A stretch of 58,703 bases of DNA, counting the filler, from Streblomastix strix (Eukaryota), in NCBI GenBank assembly GCA_008636045.1. It is 2 parts of 2 records of this genome, joined end to end, with 100 filler letters (N's around TTAATTAATTAA, not from the genome) between each part and the next. Parts side by side here need not be neighbours in the genome. Positions count along the whole stretch, not along the records: positions 1 to 29,344 come from SNRW01000103.1; 1 more part is not named here. One strand, given 5' to 3'. Below are positions 1 through 13,400 of the stretch, piece after piece (position 1 is the stretch's first letter; the number at the start of each line of letters is the position of its first letter). A model generated the notes under the pieces. The model saw nothing but the letters and a program-made list of their open reading frames with translations, was not told the DNA's origin and did no database searches. Made by a program: the position numbers and the translations under genes.

Positions 1-2601
1 TATATTTTGTACTTTTAATAGTATATGTTCTTTTCCAATGTTCATTAGTAACATATTTCATTCTTCTATTAAATTAATTTCTTTCATTGTTTAATATAGC
101 TCCATTAATTATAAGCTTCTCTCCAGCTACGATTTTACTGCTTCTATTTTGAATATTTGTTACTTCTAATGTTATCTTATTATTTGATAATATTTATGAT
201 GGATCTGTGGTCATCAACACATCTAAATGTTCTTAACCATGAGCAACTGTGTCCCAAATTCCTGGAATTTATCCACTTTCATCAAATTTTACTATATAAT
301 TATTATGTTGTATGTCTGTTCCAATATTCTCCAATAAATTCGCTTTGATGGACAAGTCTTTTCCTGATTTAATTGTGGATACTTAGAGATTTCTTAATTC
401 ATTTGTTTCTATTTCAATATTTCCACTTTCTGAGTTTATAGTTGAGTGATTATTATTCATTACTTTCGAAGCAGCTTCTAAATTAATAACTCCTTTTGAT
501 GATAATAATGCAGAATCAAGATTAATAAATTCTTACAATTCAAGTTTAATATTGTCTTCTGATAAAATTTATGATTTGTTTTCAAGGATATTTCCTTTGA
601 TTAACAGATCACGTCCTGAATGAATAAGAGATTAATTGAAATTTCTAATTTCTTTTGTTTCTATTATAATATTTCCACTTTCTGAGTTGATAGTTGAGTT
701 ATTAAAATTCATTAATTTCGAAGAAACTTTTAAATTAATATTTCCTTTTGATGATAATAATGCAGTGTCCTAATTAAAGAATTCATTAATTGTCATGTTA
801 AGATCTCCTTCAGAAAGAATTTTTGAATAATTTAATAATACATTGGTTTCTATGCTTATATTCTTTTTTGCTTTTATTAATGCATTTGTACCTATATTGA
901 TAATTTAATGTTGAATTTTTAAATGAATATTATTACCTTCAATTATTGATTATATTTAGGAAATATCTGCTTTTAAACTTGTTTATTTTTTGAATGATCC
1001 AAAATTTCGAAGAAATCCTCCTAAAATAATAATGTTTCCTTTTGCAATTATCTGATATTTAATAAGAAATATCATACTTGGATGATTGTTTCCATTCTGA
1101 AAATTTGTTATGGTTATATTTCCACCTGCAATTATTGGTTTCTCTGTGCTTATATAAATGTTATTGATTTTGAAATAAATATCATTTTCTGAATTGAGAA
1201 TTGATCTATCAATAATTCTTGAATTTTACTAATTTTCAATTATAATACTATTTCCTGATTTAATGATTGATTCATCTTATATATTGAGATTTTTCTTGGC
1301 TTTTATTTTCACATCTTTATTTGAAGAAATTGTTGCATTTTCACTAATTAATATATCATCCTAAGATTCAATCATTAAATCGCTCATAGTGCTTATTAAA
1401 TTTCCATTTATTTTAATGGATGATTTCTCCTCTGTTGTATTGAATGTTATTTATTAGCTCTAAATAATTGCATTATTATGAAGTACTATTGAATTTCTCT
1501 TTTAATCATTACAGATATCAGATGTAGTGTATTTTGCATATGAATTTCTAATTTCAATCCCATTTCCTGTTTTAATATTAATTATTCCTTCTGGTGCTGA
1601 TATTTCACCTTTGATTGTTATATTGTATGCAATAAAATTAATTATATTGGCAGATTTAAATTCTGCTGATCTTCTAATTTCCAGATTATTTTATATTCCC
1701 AAATCAAATTAATTCTTTGTTACGAATATTGATACAATAAAAGTAACATATTATATTCTTTCAGTAGAAAATTAGTCTAAAATAATCCCAAATGGATTTA
1801 TAAATATAACTTCAGCATTTCCTCCAACTAATTCAATACTCCCATTTAATTCTGTATTAATTGAATCCATTTCTAGTAATATACATTATGCTTCTTCCTT
1901 ATCTAAATTTGGATTCTATTCAATTTCCTTTCCTTATTCTGCTTTAATAGGAAGAATACTATTGTTCAAAATAATCTTTGTTTTATTTTAATAATTTTGA
2001 ATATTAAATAAATTACGACTTAATCCATCATCGTTTGGTTTTGAAATATTAAAAATAATAATTAAGTCAAAAATGTTGTTTAAATTATCTTTACAATCTT
2101 ATTTTTCATTTTCTTTGTCTGATGACTTCAAGCATTATTAAATTATATCTTCTTTATCATTTTCTTTCTATTTATCTAAATTTTCTTATTTTTCATTTTC
2201 AAATAAATTCAATCAATCTTTACTATCTTCTTTATCTTATACTGTCTAATTAACTTAATTAATAATTTGTTATGATGTGAATTATTCAGCATTTGATTCA
2301 TCTTAAAATTTGATAGTAAAAAGGATGTATTCATCATCGAGCTGACAACAAAATTATATTAAAAGTTAAAAATAAAATTGAATAATCTAAACGAATCACT
2401 AAAAAAATATTTACAAACTAATCCAATCTAAAATATTTATTTTGAATCATCTAGAATTTAATCATCATATTGCAAGACCAAATTTTCAGCTTTAAAATTA
2501 AATTGTTGCGCCATCTTTTGCTTTATTTGATAAATAGTTGGTGTTATATCAATTTCAATGATATACTATTAACCAGTTATAGATCTAATATTTAGTTTCA
2601 T
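1..2601 (-). CDS. UBL domain fused to a filamentous haemagglutinin/CdiA-like (TpsA) protein; 3' end lies beyond the window start; one in-frame TGA at 2213-2215
   Basis: With TAR=Gln, exon 1 (2601-2419) reads MKLNIRSITGQQYIIEIDITPTIYQIKQKMAQQFNFKAENLVLQYDDQILDDSKQIFQIGL (UBL). A GT..AG intron spans 2418-2342. Exon 2 continues in frame. Below 2212 the frame is open to base 1 (~737 codons) with TPS-domain motifs IFNISKPNDDGLSRN, IILNNS, NPNL (1904-1915), LNGSIELVGGNAEVIFINPFGI (NPFGI 1784-1798), then beta-helix repeats and a CdiA-like TTDPSQILS...NRSSKIVAGEKL segment. Confidence 0.85.
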
Positions 2602-3003
2602 TCTTAAAAATTAAATTTAGTAATAAATAAATAAATATTGAAAGTATGTTTAATTAATACAGTGGTATTGATAAAATAAAATTAAATATATTAGTTTTAA
2701 ATATTATAAAGAGAATATTCAATTAAATATAAGTTAAATTCAGTGATAGAATAATTTATTCAATAAATCAATAAAATAATAAATAATAAATAAACTTAAT
2801 AGCCACAACATTTTGTATATCAAAGTTTTAAAACTTGAAACGAATAGAGAATGCAAAATAAATGATAATTTATCGATTAAATAATTCAAATTATAGTGAA
2901 AATGTTATTGTTTGGGAACAATTTAGGAAATTTAATATTTGAATGATGTATTTATCAAATTAAAAGCAATTATAATTAAATTCTTTATTAAATAATATTA
3001 TAT

Positions 3004-3195
3004 ACATCTAAGCATGGGGCTATTTTGGAAAATCCCTTAAAATCGAACAATGCCACTAGTTACAATCGGGTTATAAGCAATGCCGCAAAAGCCCATATCT
3101 TCAGTTTGGATAATTTTCGCTCCTTCTGAATGGTGATGTTTTTTGTTTGGGATGATTGGAGATGATGTAATTTTACTCATGGGAGAAAATGCTGT
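3004..3195 (-). pseudogene. Isolated SPRY/B30.2-like exon
   Basis: Splice-site-bounded segment reading ...KIIQTEDMGFCGIAYNPIVTSGIVRFQGIFQN, similar to the start of SPRY-like domains; no complete gene traced. Confidence 0.4.
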
Positions 3196-4091
3196 AAAAT
3201 AGTAACATAAATGTAATATATAAATTGTTTATTAATCTATTTCTTGCTAAAAATTTAGTTTTAATAATAATTTTTTGTAAACTGTATTATGAGTTGAAAT
3301 TGAGATGGATAACGATATATATTATATAAATATGTATAAAGAACTAAATTAAAGTAAGAAATTATGTTATATGGCAGGAAATTGATTTAGTTCAAGATTT
3401 ATTGGGTAAATTGAGAAAAATTATAAAAAATCATTGAAAAAATGGTTTAAACGTTATTCGCGGGTTAAGATATATTTTGGTTTTTGAATGGAGATAATAT
3501 GTTGTTTTACAAGTGTTTCAAAACAATCAACCAATAAACAATCACAATTTCGTTATAAAAAATTAATTGTTTTATTTTATATTTTTAAAAAATATTATTG
3601 AGCAATATGGAAATGAATAGGGAAATTTGAGAATTACATTAAAAATTTGATATTATCTAAAAATTTTACTTGAATTGAGAATTTAGTTGCAAAAAAATAC
3701 ACTATAATGAAAATTTGATTAAAATAAATAAATATAGTTAACAATTGTTCAATAGAGTGTGGAACAAAATAAATAGTTTATCAAATGTTAATGAAGCAAA
3801 ATGTTTAAATATCAATTCAATGTTTATAAAATTAATAATAATTATTATGATGATTACAAATTATTATATTGACGTTCATAAATTGATAATTTTATCTCAT
3901 ATATAAAGTTTAATTATATTCCAACTATTATGAATACAAAAATTAAAGAAAAAATAAAATATTAATAATCTTCCAAAGTGGGTAAATATAAATAAAAACG
4001 GGTTTTCTTTTCCTTATTCAAATTCATTATCAATGTTAATATTGAATTGTTTATGATTAAATTATTAAGAGATTATTTGTATTTCATTTAA

Positions 4092-7000
4092 TCACATATC
4101 ATTAAAGTTCGGTTAGTGAGTAAATGAAGATGAATATTAATTTAAAGAAGAATCAAACTAAATAGAACAATCATCGATCATTTATGATGGTGTTTATACA
4201 TTAAGGTCTTTATGAAATTAGTTTGTGTTTGAAGGAAGTTAAGAATTAATGAATGAAGGAGGAGGACTTATGAATTAAGATAAAGATAAAGTTGATAATG
4301 AAGATGAAGATTATGAAAATTAATTACCAAATGGAAAAGAAGGAGAAATAATTGAATCTGAAATATGTGGTGAAAGAGGAGGGAATTCTAACTATGATAA
4401 ATATGAATCATCTATATTNNNNNNNNNNNNNNNNNNNNNNNNNNNNNNNNNNNNNNNNNNNNNNNNNNNNNNNNNNNNNNNNNNNNNNNNNNNNNNNNNN
4501 NNNNNNNNNNNNNNNNNNTTGATAATGAAGATGAAGATTATGAAAATTAATTACCAAATGGAAAAGAAGGAGAAATAATTGAATCTGAAATATGTGGTGA
4601 AAGAGGAGGGAATTCTAACTATGATAAATATGAATCATCTATATTCAAAGGGGAGTAAATATGTGAAATACATTCTGGTGATGAATCCTATGTTAATAAT
4701 GATGATTATATTGCTGATGTGGAATGGAGGAGTGAATCAATTGTTGATGTTGGATTTATATTATCTGAAATTTATTAAACTTATTCTACTTGAGCTATTT
4801 GAGGCATTTGTAATTGAACAAATGCTGATTAATTATTCATCAAATTATTTAATTTTTCAGGTTCATCTACCTTGATATTTGTTTCTTTTCCATTTTTATC
4901 CATAAATTTATATTCCATTGTTGTTTTTTTATTCAAATCATATGCACTTTCTTCATTATTAATTTTTTTTTCTATTTCATTCATTATTAAAATTCCATTT
5001 CTTTATTTTATTTTATTTTCTTATTCATTTCTAATTGAAAAATCATTTACTATCTTTTTATCTTCAGATAACGAATAAATATCTTCAAATTAATTAACTA
5101 TTCTTTCATTCAATTAATAATCTGCTGGGTTTTCAGTTTTTAAATTGTTTGAATTAATATTATTTAAGTTAATATTATCAATATGATATTAATTATTAAT
5201 TAGTTAAGAGTCGTTTATTTATGTCTAAGAAATTGGATATGGATATTATGAAGGAAATGATTACAAATATGTAATTGGTTGTAGAAATAATTGTTGTTGA
5301 AGAATAGGAACAGGAATTAATTATTAAATAAGTAGAGGCTGTTAAGAATGTAAAATCTGATATTAAATATATGATTATTGAGAAGAAATTGGTTAATGGA
5401 CTTGATTATTTGACATGTTCAATGATTAATTTTTATATATTATTTAAGGAGAGATTAGATGAATATTATTAATTGATTCTGAAGCTTATTATATTTAATT
5501 AGTTTATGGTAACAATGTTTATTATGTTTATTAATATGTTAATATAGAATTAGGTTATTCAATTAGAATTTAATTAATTGGTACAGTTGATATTTCTTAA
5601 CTAAAACGGTTTTCTTAAGGATTAAGAAAATTGATTTTCTGAATAACATTTGGATTGATTATTTCTTTTGATTTAGAATTTTCTATTATTCTATTCTTAT
5701 CCGTGTCTAATTCTAATGATTATATATCTTTATTACCTTTATTTTCAGATTACAAGAAGTAAGATATTATTTAATCATTTTCATTTTCTTATTCATATAA
5801 TATCTACTCTTTATGAATATTATTTATATAATCTTAATGTTGCTTTTTCTTTTCAAATTATTTGTTTTATTGAATAATAGATTGCTTTTCATGTTTTTCA
5901 CTTGTTTTCACTTCTGAATTTGAATCCTATTTTATTTTATTATTTTATTTCTAGGATTTAAAGGATTATGATAAATTAAGAATTGGTGTCGGTAATAAAG
6001 AAGAAGTTGAATTGAAATTTTAAGTTTATGATTAAGATTATTTAATATTAGGAGAATAGTAATATTATTAAGGTGAAATATTTGATGAAGAAATTTTAGA
6101 ATGAGATTGAGAATTGAAATGATTATTATATTATTAAGGATGTATCTATGTTGATTTAGATTAATAATTTTAATATTTAGGAGATGTTGCATTATAAACT
6201 AGTGAATTATTTGGATGTGAATGTCTTGATATTTATGGAGGAAAAGAAGAATTATGTGGATAATTAGATTAATAAGATAAGTTTTAATATTTGTTTTGAT
6301 TTTAAATTTCATTTTATTCTTTTCTCTTATTAATATTTGATCTGTTATAATTATTATTTATATCTTATGAATATTAGGGTGGAGAAGGTAGTAAAGCATC
6401 ATTTGAAGAAGTTTCTAATTTATTGGTTTTATTATCGATATTTTATTTCTATGTTATGTTCATAATATTATTTATTTTAATATTCTATTCATTTTATAAT
6501 AAATTATTTTCTCTATAATTCTATTCTTTTTCATTCTAAATTTCTTATTTTTCATTTCTGTTAACTTTTATCAAATCTATTCCTGTTTTCTTTTATTTTA
6601 TTTCATTCAATGATTTATATTATGAAATTAATTCTGGTGAAGCAATTTCAATATTTACACCAATTAAACTCTCTAATGTATAGTTTAAATCTCTACGAAT
6701 TGCACTTCGAAGATAAATATGAACTTCTGAGTCATCAATACGTAATATTTATTCTTTCTTATCTCCCATCAACATTAATACTGACTATTCCATATAAAAA
6801 TATAATGAAATAATATTGTAAATAGAAAGCAAAGTATTCTCTAATAAAAGCAAAACAGATTTAATTAGGATATTAATTTCAAAATTATATATATTTCATA
6901 CTATTTAACCTCTCAAATTGTTTCCAAAATGAATAAATCCTTCTCCAATATATAATCCTTTATTATCTTTCATTAGATCAATTCTTTTGACTTCTCCAAA

Positions 7001-7832
7001 CTATCCAAATAAAGTTGATATATCAATATCTTTCATCTTATATGGACTTTTTCCTCACTTAAATACAACTTAAATAGAATTATTTAATACTTTAGAATCA
7101 ACCCATGCAACTTTCATCCCTCTTATACCCAAGAAATATCTCTGAATTTATTGTTTTGCTATTTCTGCTTCTTTTCTGGAAGAAAACTCAACAAAGGCAG
7201 TTCTCATCCCTCCTACTATTCCTACATCAAGATCAACAACTTAGCCAAATGAACTATAAATAATGAATTGTAATATCAATAATAGATCACTTCATTCAAC
7301 TTACTATTTCAAAACCTCATTTCACAGACAAGATCATCAACTCTACACATCAACGGAACATCACAAACTGCAAGACACGCATTTCGTTATGATATCTCCA
7401 GCCATACACGTTTATGTCCAACTCTCTGAATAAACAAAAAAGAACGTATAATCATAACTTCACTAACAAGAATAATTCAATACTAATTCTCTCCCTTATT
7501 CCAATGCTCGACAAGCTTCATCTTCTGTCAGAAATATCGCAAATGCATAGCCTTTCTACCGCTCACCTTGATCTCCAAATTTAAGAATAATCTTCTCAAG
7601 CGCCCCTCGTGCTCGCAATGCATTCCATAACTCCATATCACTAAAATCTCTCAGTTGGCCTGAAATGCAGAGACACCCTAATTAAGTACATATTGATCAT
7701 AATAAGTTCTGCCTCAAAAATTAACAATCTATGCATACGTTTATTCTCATCGATAGAAGCCTAACTGCATAACAATTATGAATCACATGAATTAAGAAAA
7801 CTAATTACACGATCTGTTTGTTGTGTACTCAT
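4092..7832 (-). CDS. Multi-exon RNA-binding protein with three RRMs and a long Q/N/S-rich tail; one in-frame TGA at 7055-7057
   Basis: ATG at 7832 and several short GT-AG introns. RNP1-like motifs KGYAFAIF, RTAFVEF and IGEGFIHF. The frame is then open for ~700 codons (6780-4520) with TAR=Gln and reaches TGA at 4092-4094 beyond an N gap. Confidence 0.8.
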
Positions 7833-10401
7833 GTTTAGAAAGTTAGATCTTTACACTTTGCTCGCTTCTTAATCATCCCTTCTTCATTCATTTTCAGTTT
7901 CTATTTTTTTATTCATCTCAATATGTTCATAATACATAAATTATAGAAAAGCAAACTTAATGAATTTTCAATTAGCCAAATCGTATTTTCTTTATGTCAA
8001 TATAGAAGAATACCTTTAAAAATTATTATGAATCATTTAAAATATTTGTGGTTACTTTAGATAGTATTATTAAATAGTACTAAATAAATAAATAATAATT
8101 TCACTTGTGTTTTTCCTTTAAATGATTTGTTAGCTTGTGTGTGGAGAATTTAATGTTAAAAAATATCGAACAGAGATAAGTGATGATCTGTTTTAAAAAA
8201 TTTATTGATTTGATTTGCTTTTAAAAGTAATTTGCTTTATATTGTGATTTATCATAAATAATTGTAGTATTTGTACTGTTACTGTCCAATTTATGTTTCC
8301 AATGATTTTTTATCATCAGTTGAACAGATCTTTGCATTATTTGTTGGTTTGAAATTTTTATTGAAAGAATTACAATCTAAATTGTAAGTTTGAATAAAGC
8401 AAATTTACTAAAAGTAATCTTAGATTTATTGGTTTCCTTTTTTTGTAATAAAATAACAATCAAATATTAACTTGAATTTTATATTTATATATTTGAAAAT
8501 AATTTCAAAATAAAATATTTTATTTAAAGATTTAAAATAATTGCAACAAAAATATTTTCCAAGATGATTATATTAAAATTCATATTTCTAATAAATTTTA
8601 TATATTGATTAAATATAAAATTACTTTTTAATTATAGTTTTGCGTAAATTAAATTGATTTTTTACTTATGTTATAGTTTAAAAAAATATTTTTAGTAATT
8701 TTCATTAATCTTTAGTGAAAATTAGTTTTTTATTGAAAATAAATTAATTACTACATAAAATTTAAAATTTGACAGATTAATCATATAAAACTATTTTTTT
8801 TATAAAAAATATTAATATTATTTAAAATTATCAATAATTATTGAATAATAATTTCTCATTTTTATTTAAATGATTCAGCAAGTTTTGAAATAAATTTGAT
8901 TTTTATTTAAGTAAATTCTAGTTTTATGCGATTAATTACTAAAAACATACGTATGTTGAAATAGAATTCATTAATTATTGATTTCAGTTATGAAAAATTA
9001 TACAATTTCTATATAAAATTATCGAATATTTAATCAGATACATTCATGATTTTATAATGATTAATCTAAAATTCTCCATCATTCTTTAATAGATTTTTTC
9101 TTCATTTTCGTTAATTTTTAAATTATTTTTCTTTTATAATTAATTTCAAATCAATAATATATCGATAAATAGATTTTATAAATGAAAATATATATTGTTC
9201 AAATATATAATGAATAGATCAAATTTTAAATAAATATTGATTGATTTAATTTTATTATAAAAAACTGCATATTAAAATTCTTTATCATATAATTATTTGT
9301 TCTTCTTAATATCAAAATTTGCAATGATAAGTATAAAATAAATTTATTCATAGAAGAGATAAAAAAAGATTCAATTTTAAAAAATTATATAATGTTCAAA
9401 TTTAATTTTTTTTAAAATTTAAAATTAATTCACTCAATATTATGATAAAATGAACCAATTAATAATGTGAATAAGTAAATAATTAATTTTCGAAGTAACA
9501 AATTCAAATATTTTAAATGAATTTATTTGAAAATTTTTGAAGTTTAATTCTTTTTATTTTTATATATGATGAAAAATTTTTTGGAAATCAGTACAAATTA
9601 TTAAGATCAGAACAAATGAAGATTTATACAATTTTTTATCCATGGTTCTAAAATGATATTTACTAGAATAAAGACAATTGGATTAAAGTTCATTAAATCG
9701 AAAAATGATTGAATAAGATTATTTCAAGCAATGGAAAATTCACAATAAAAAAACAAAATTAAAGAATCGATTTAAATCATTATATATCCGAATTATATCC
9801 TAGTTATTGAATTAAAATTGTAACAAAATTGTAGAGAATTTCAATAGTGAGAAAAACAGAGATCAAGAATCATTTGAAATCTTCTGACTTCATCAAAAAT
9901 TTAAATTAGTTTTGAGCTACTAATTTTTGAAGGAAAATCTGTCAGATAATCATTTTATATTGAAAAATATTATATTCTTAACTTTTCTTCTAAATTTTTC
10001 GAGAGCTTCTTTAAAAAAATTTTGTCATTAAAATTTATATTATAATCTTGCGACTTTTAAATACTTTTATTTTCAGTCAATCAAAAAGATATTTTTTAAT
10101 TCTTTTATAGAAGAATATTTATTTGAATTATTTATAGAGATATTATATAAAAATTTTGGAAATCAAGATTTTTTGTATAAAAATAACAACATTCGTCCAT
10201 GCCAAATGACTATGAGCATCAATGCATATTATTATTTATTATAGCCAATATATATGAATAATGTATAGTATTAATCAAATAACTAATTAGCATTTATACC
10301 GTCAACAGAGTTGGTATCAAATTTCAACAAAAAGTAATATTTATAGGTGAAAATTATTATTATTATCTATAATGATTATTTATTTTTTTATTTCCTAATA
10401 A

Positions 10402-13400
10402 ATGTCGAAGTTAATAAAAACATAAATTTTTTAATTGATGGCTATTTTTAGACTAATTAATGAATCAGAGAAAAATGGTTCAATATATACTGAATTAATA
10501 ACTAAATTATAAGATTAAAATTATACAGGAAATTGAATAAACTCAATTATTGTATAATAGTTTCTTCAGCAATATTTTGCATTACCATATCAATAACTTA
10601 TGTAAGAAAATGATGTCAATTAATCAAATTTCATAAATAAGTTGTATGATAGATAATATTAACTTTTCATTAATGAATTTGATGTTGATTGAATATTTAA
10701 TGATATTATTAATAAAGCAAAATAGAGATTAATAATTAATAAAATTATAGAAAAATACAAAGTTAAACGGTTTGATGTTGATAGAATATATAAAGATAAA
10801 ATCAATAAACTTTAATATAATCTCAACCAATAATTGATATAAAATGAAGATGATTTCTCTAGCACATTTTCAACAATTGAGAATTTAAAAAGAGTAAATA
10901 AATTATCATAAGTAGCATTACAATTATTTGATGTTGATAGTGAAGAAGAGACAATTAAAGCAATAAAAATAGTAAATAAATATAAAAAAAGTGAAGCAAT
11001 TGGTGAATGTATTTATGATAAAATTACTTATAAACTTCATTATTTTAATAAACTAAATCAGTAAGAGCAACTGTCTTAATATGCAGATAAAGATTACGAT
11101 TCATACAAGTGTCTTCCATTTAAAGTTTAAATTGATTTTGGAGTTCAATTATAATGAAAACTTGATGGAAATAATTGTAAATATTTTTGTAGAATTCCTC
11201 CATTAGATAATGCTTTCAAAATTAAATAATCGACAATAACTGACAAAAAATCATTAGAATAATTCAAAGTAGATATGTTTAAAGAGTTAAGAGAATTAAT
11301 GGAACGAAAATATGAAGACACTAGAAAAATGATAGTTGGAATATTTAATATAATGTTTGCTACTTATAAATTAATAGATACTGGATCAAAAATGTCATAT
11401 CTTGATAAACATGTCAAATTGCATTGAGTTCATTATATTGATTCTGATAATAAAATATGTTTCTTTATAGTACAAGCCTATAAAATAAGAAGCTAAGTTG
11501 ATAATAAAGTTAATAACCGCTAAGTAATTTCATTTGCTAAATAATTATTCGCATATTTCTATAAAATTAAAAGTAAATATTAACTGTCTGAGTATGTATA
11601 TAATAATGCATCTAAGAAAGATTAGTCATTTAACAAATATCTAGAAAGCTATTAAGGGTTCAATATCTCTACAGAAATGACTAAACTTACAGATACATTT
11701 AATCATGTAGTTTATATATACACTTATCATGAAAAATTAGAAGGAAAAACAGGTTAGTATAGATTATTTAATTCATATGGTTAACATAATAATGAATTAA
11801 TGACTTTAAACTTATTACTCATTAGTGATGAGAATGAGCAACATAAAATATATGTATCTATCGTAGAGAAACTTAATGGTGTTCTTATATGTCCACATTG
11901 CCATGATTATGTAAAAACATTATCAGAGACAAACAAAAGAGCTAACGAATATTTCAATACTCATGTAAAAAAATGTAAATCATCAACTCATGAACTGTCA
12001 ATCTTATTACATGATATTTAAATGCCAATATGCTCTGCAATACTAAGTCATCCAACAATAGAATATTTAAAAGCATATAGATTAATGGATCAATTTAATG
12101 CATAGCGAGGATTTATAACATATGACTTTGAAACATTAGTGATTAAATTATGAAAAATATAACAGATTAAACAACATTACTATCATAATTATTTAGATTA
12201 TCAATTGCATCAACGGAAGTATATCCAAATAATGATAAATGATATGAATTAAAGAAAAAATATTATACATTATTCGATGAATTATCTTGCAATTATTAGG
12301 AATAAATAGAGAAATATGAAATACTTAACTCCTCATCTTTTGTCCATTTATGGTTTGTACAGACGTTTGAATCGGCAGAATAGATATATTTGTGTATGAA
12401 GTATGATGATGAAAATATTCCATTTGATAAATATGTCAAAATATTGGGGTGGAATAGTTCAAGATTTGATATTGCTCTATTATTGGATGCATTATATTGT
12501 GAACTTTGGACAATGTGTGTAACTATTGGTGATCTCAATAATACTAAATCAATTACGGTAAAACATAAGAAGTCACGCATGAAACTATAATTCATTGATG
12601 CTGAGAATCTATTTGGACCAATGTCATTTAAAGAATGCGTAAAAGATTTTGGCGATAAATCTGAACATAAAGATGCATTTCCTTATAAAATTTTTAACTC
12701 AAAAAATTGGAAAGAAATAATAATGAAAACAGAACCATTTAGATATGAAGATTTTAAATCATAGCTCAAAGGAGGCTATTCTAATATAAAAGATGTATAT
12801 GATTAATATTTGGTTGATTTTTAGAGATTCAATAATTGATTAAATTATTTCAAATATTTTAACATTAATAATATAGAGATTATGGTTAAACTTTCGATGA
12901 ATTTAATAGATACATTTGAATAATTCAATACTGATGTTTTATACTATATTTCAATAGCTTCATGTGCATATTTAACGAAACATTATTCAACATATTTCCC
13001 TTCAAAATTTTATCTGAAAAGTGAATAATAATAATACTGTCGAGATTTTAATATCACTGATGACTATTCAAATCTAAACTCTTAAACGTATCATTTTATA
13101 CTAACAAAATGTTCTTGGAAAAATATATATTATAATTATAAATAACAGGATAATAAAGCTGGTTGAGATACAGAGAAAAATGTAACAGCGGATGACTATG
13201 ATTACTATAAAAGTTATTTGAAACGTCAGTGTGTTCAATTTATAATGTAAAATTTATTTACGATAATCCTCCAAGTTTAGATAGATAAAATAATGAACTT
13301 CCTCATAAAAAAGGTAACTGTATGCCTGCTTGTGTTTCATATAATATTACTCATACAAATAGAGATCCAAAAATAGCATCATTACATGTCAAGATGAGAT

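Noticed and set aside
1..2212. Bacterial contamination as the source of the haemagglutinin-like frame
   Set aside because: About 30 in-frame TAA/TAG codons, host-like AT content and in-frame linkage to an intron-containing UBL exon.
4292..4645. ~127-bp direct repeat flanking a 100-N gap
   Set aside because: Identical sequence on both sides of the gap indicates overlapping contig ends, an assembly artefact.
9560..10260. Possible decayed + strand gene
   Set aside because: Weakly coding-like but with TGAs and no recognisable motif.
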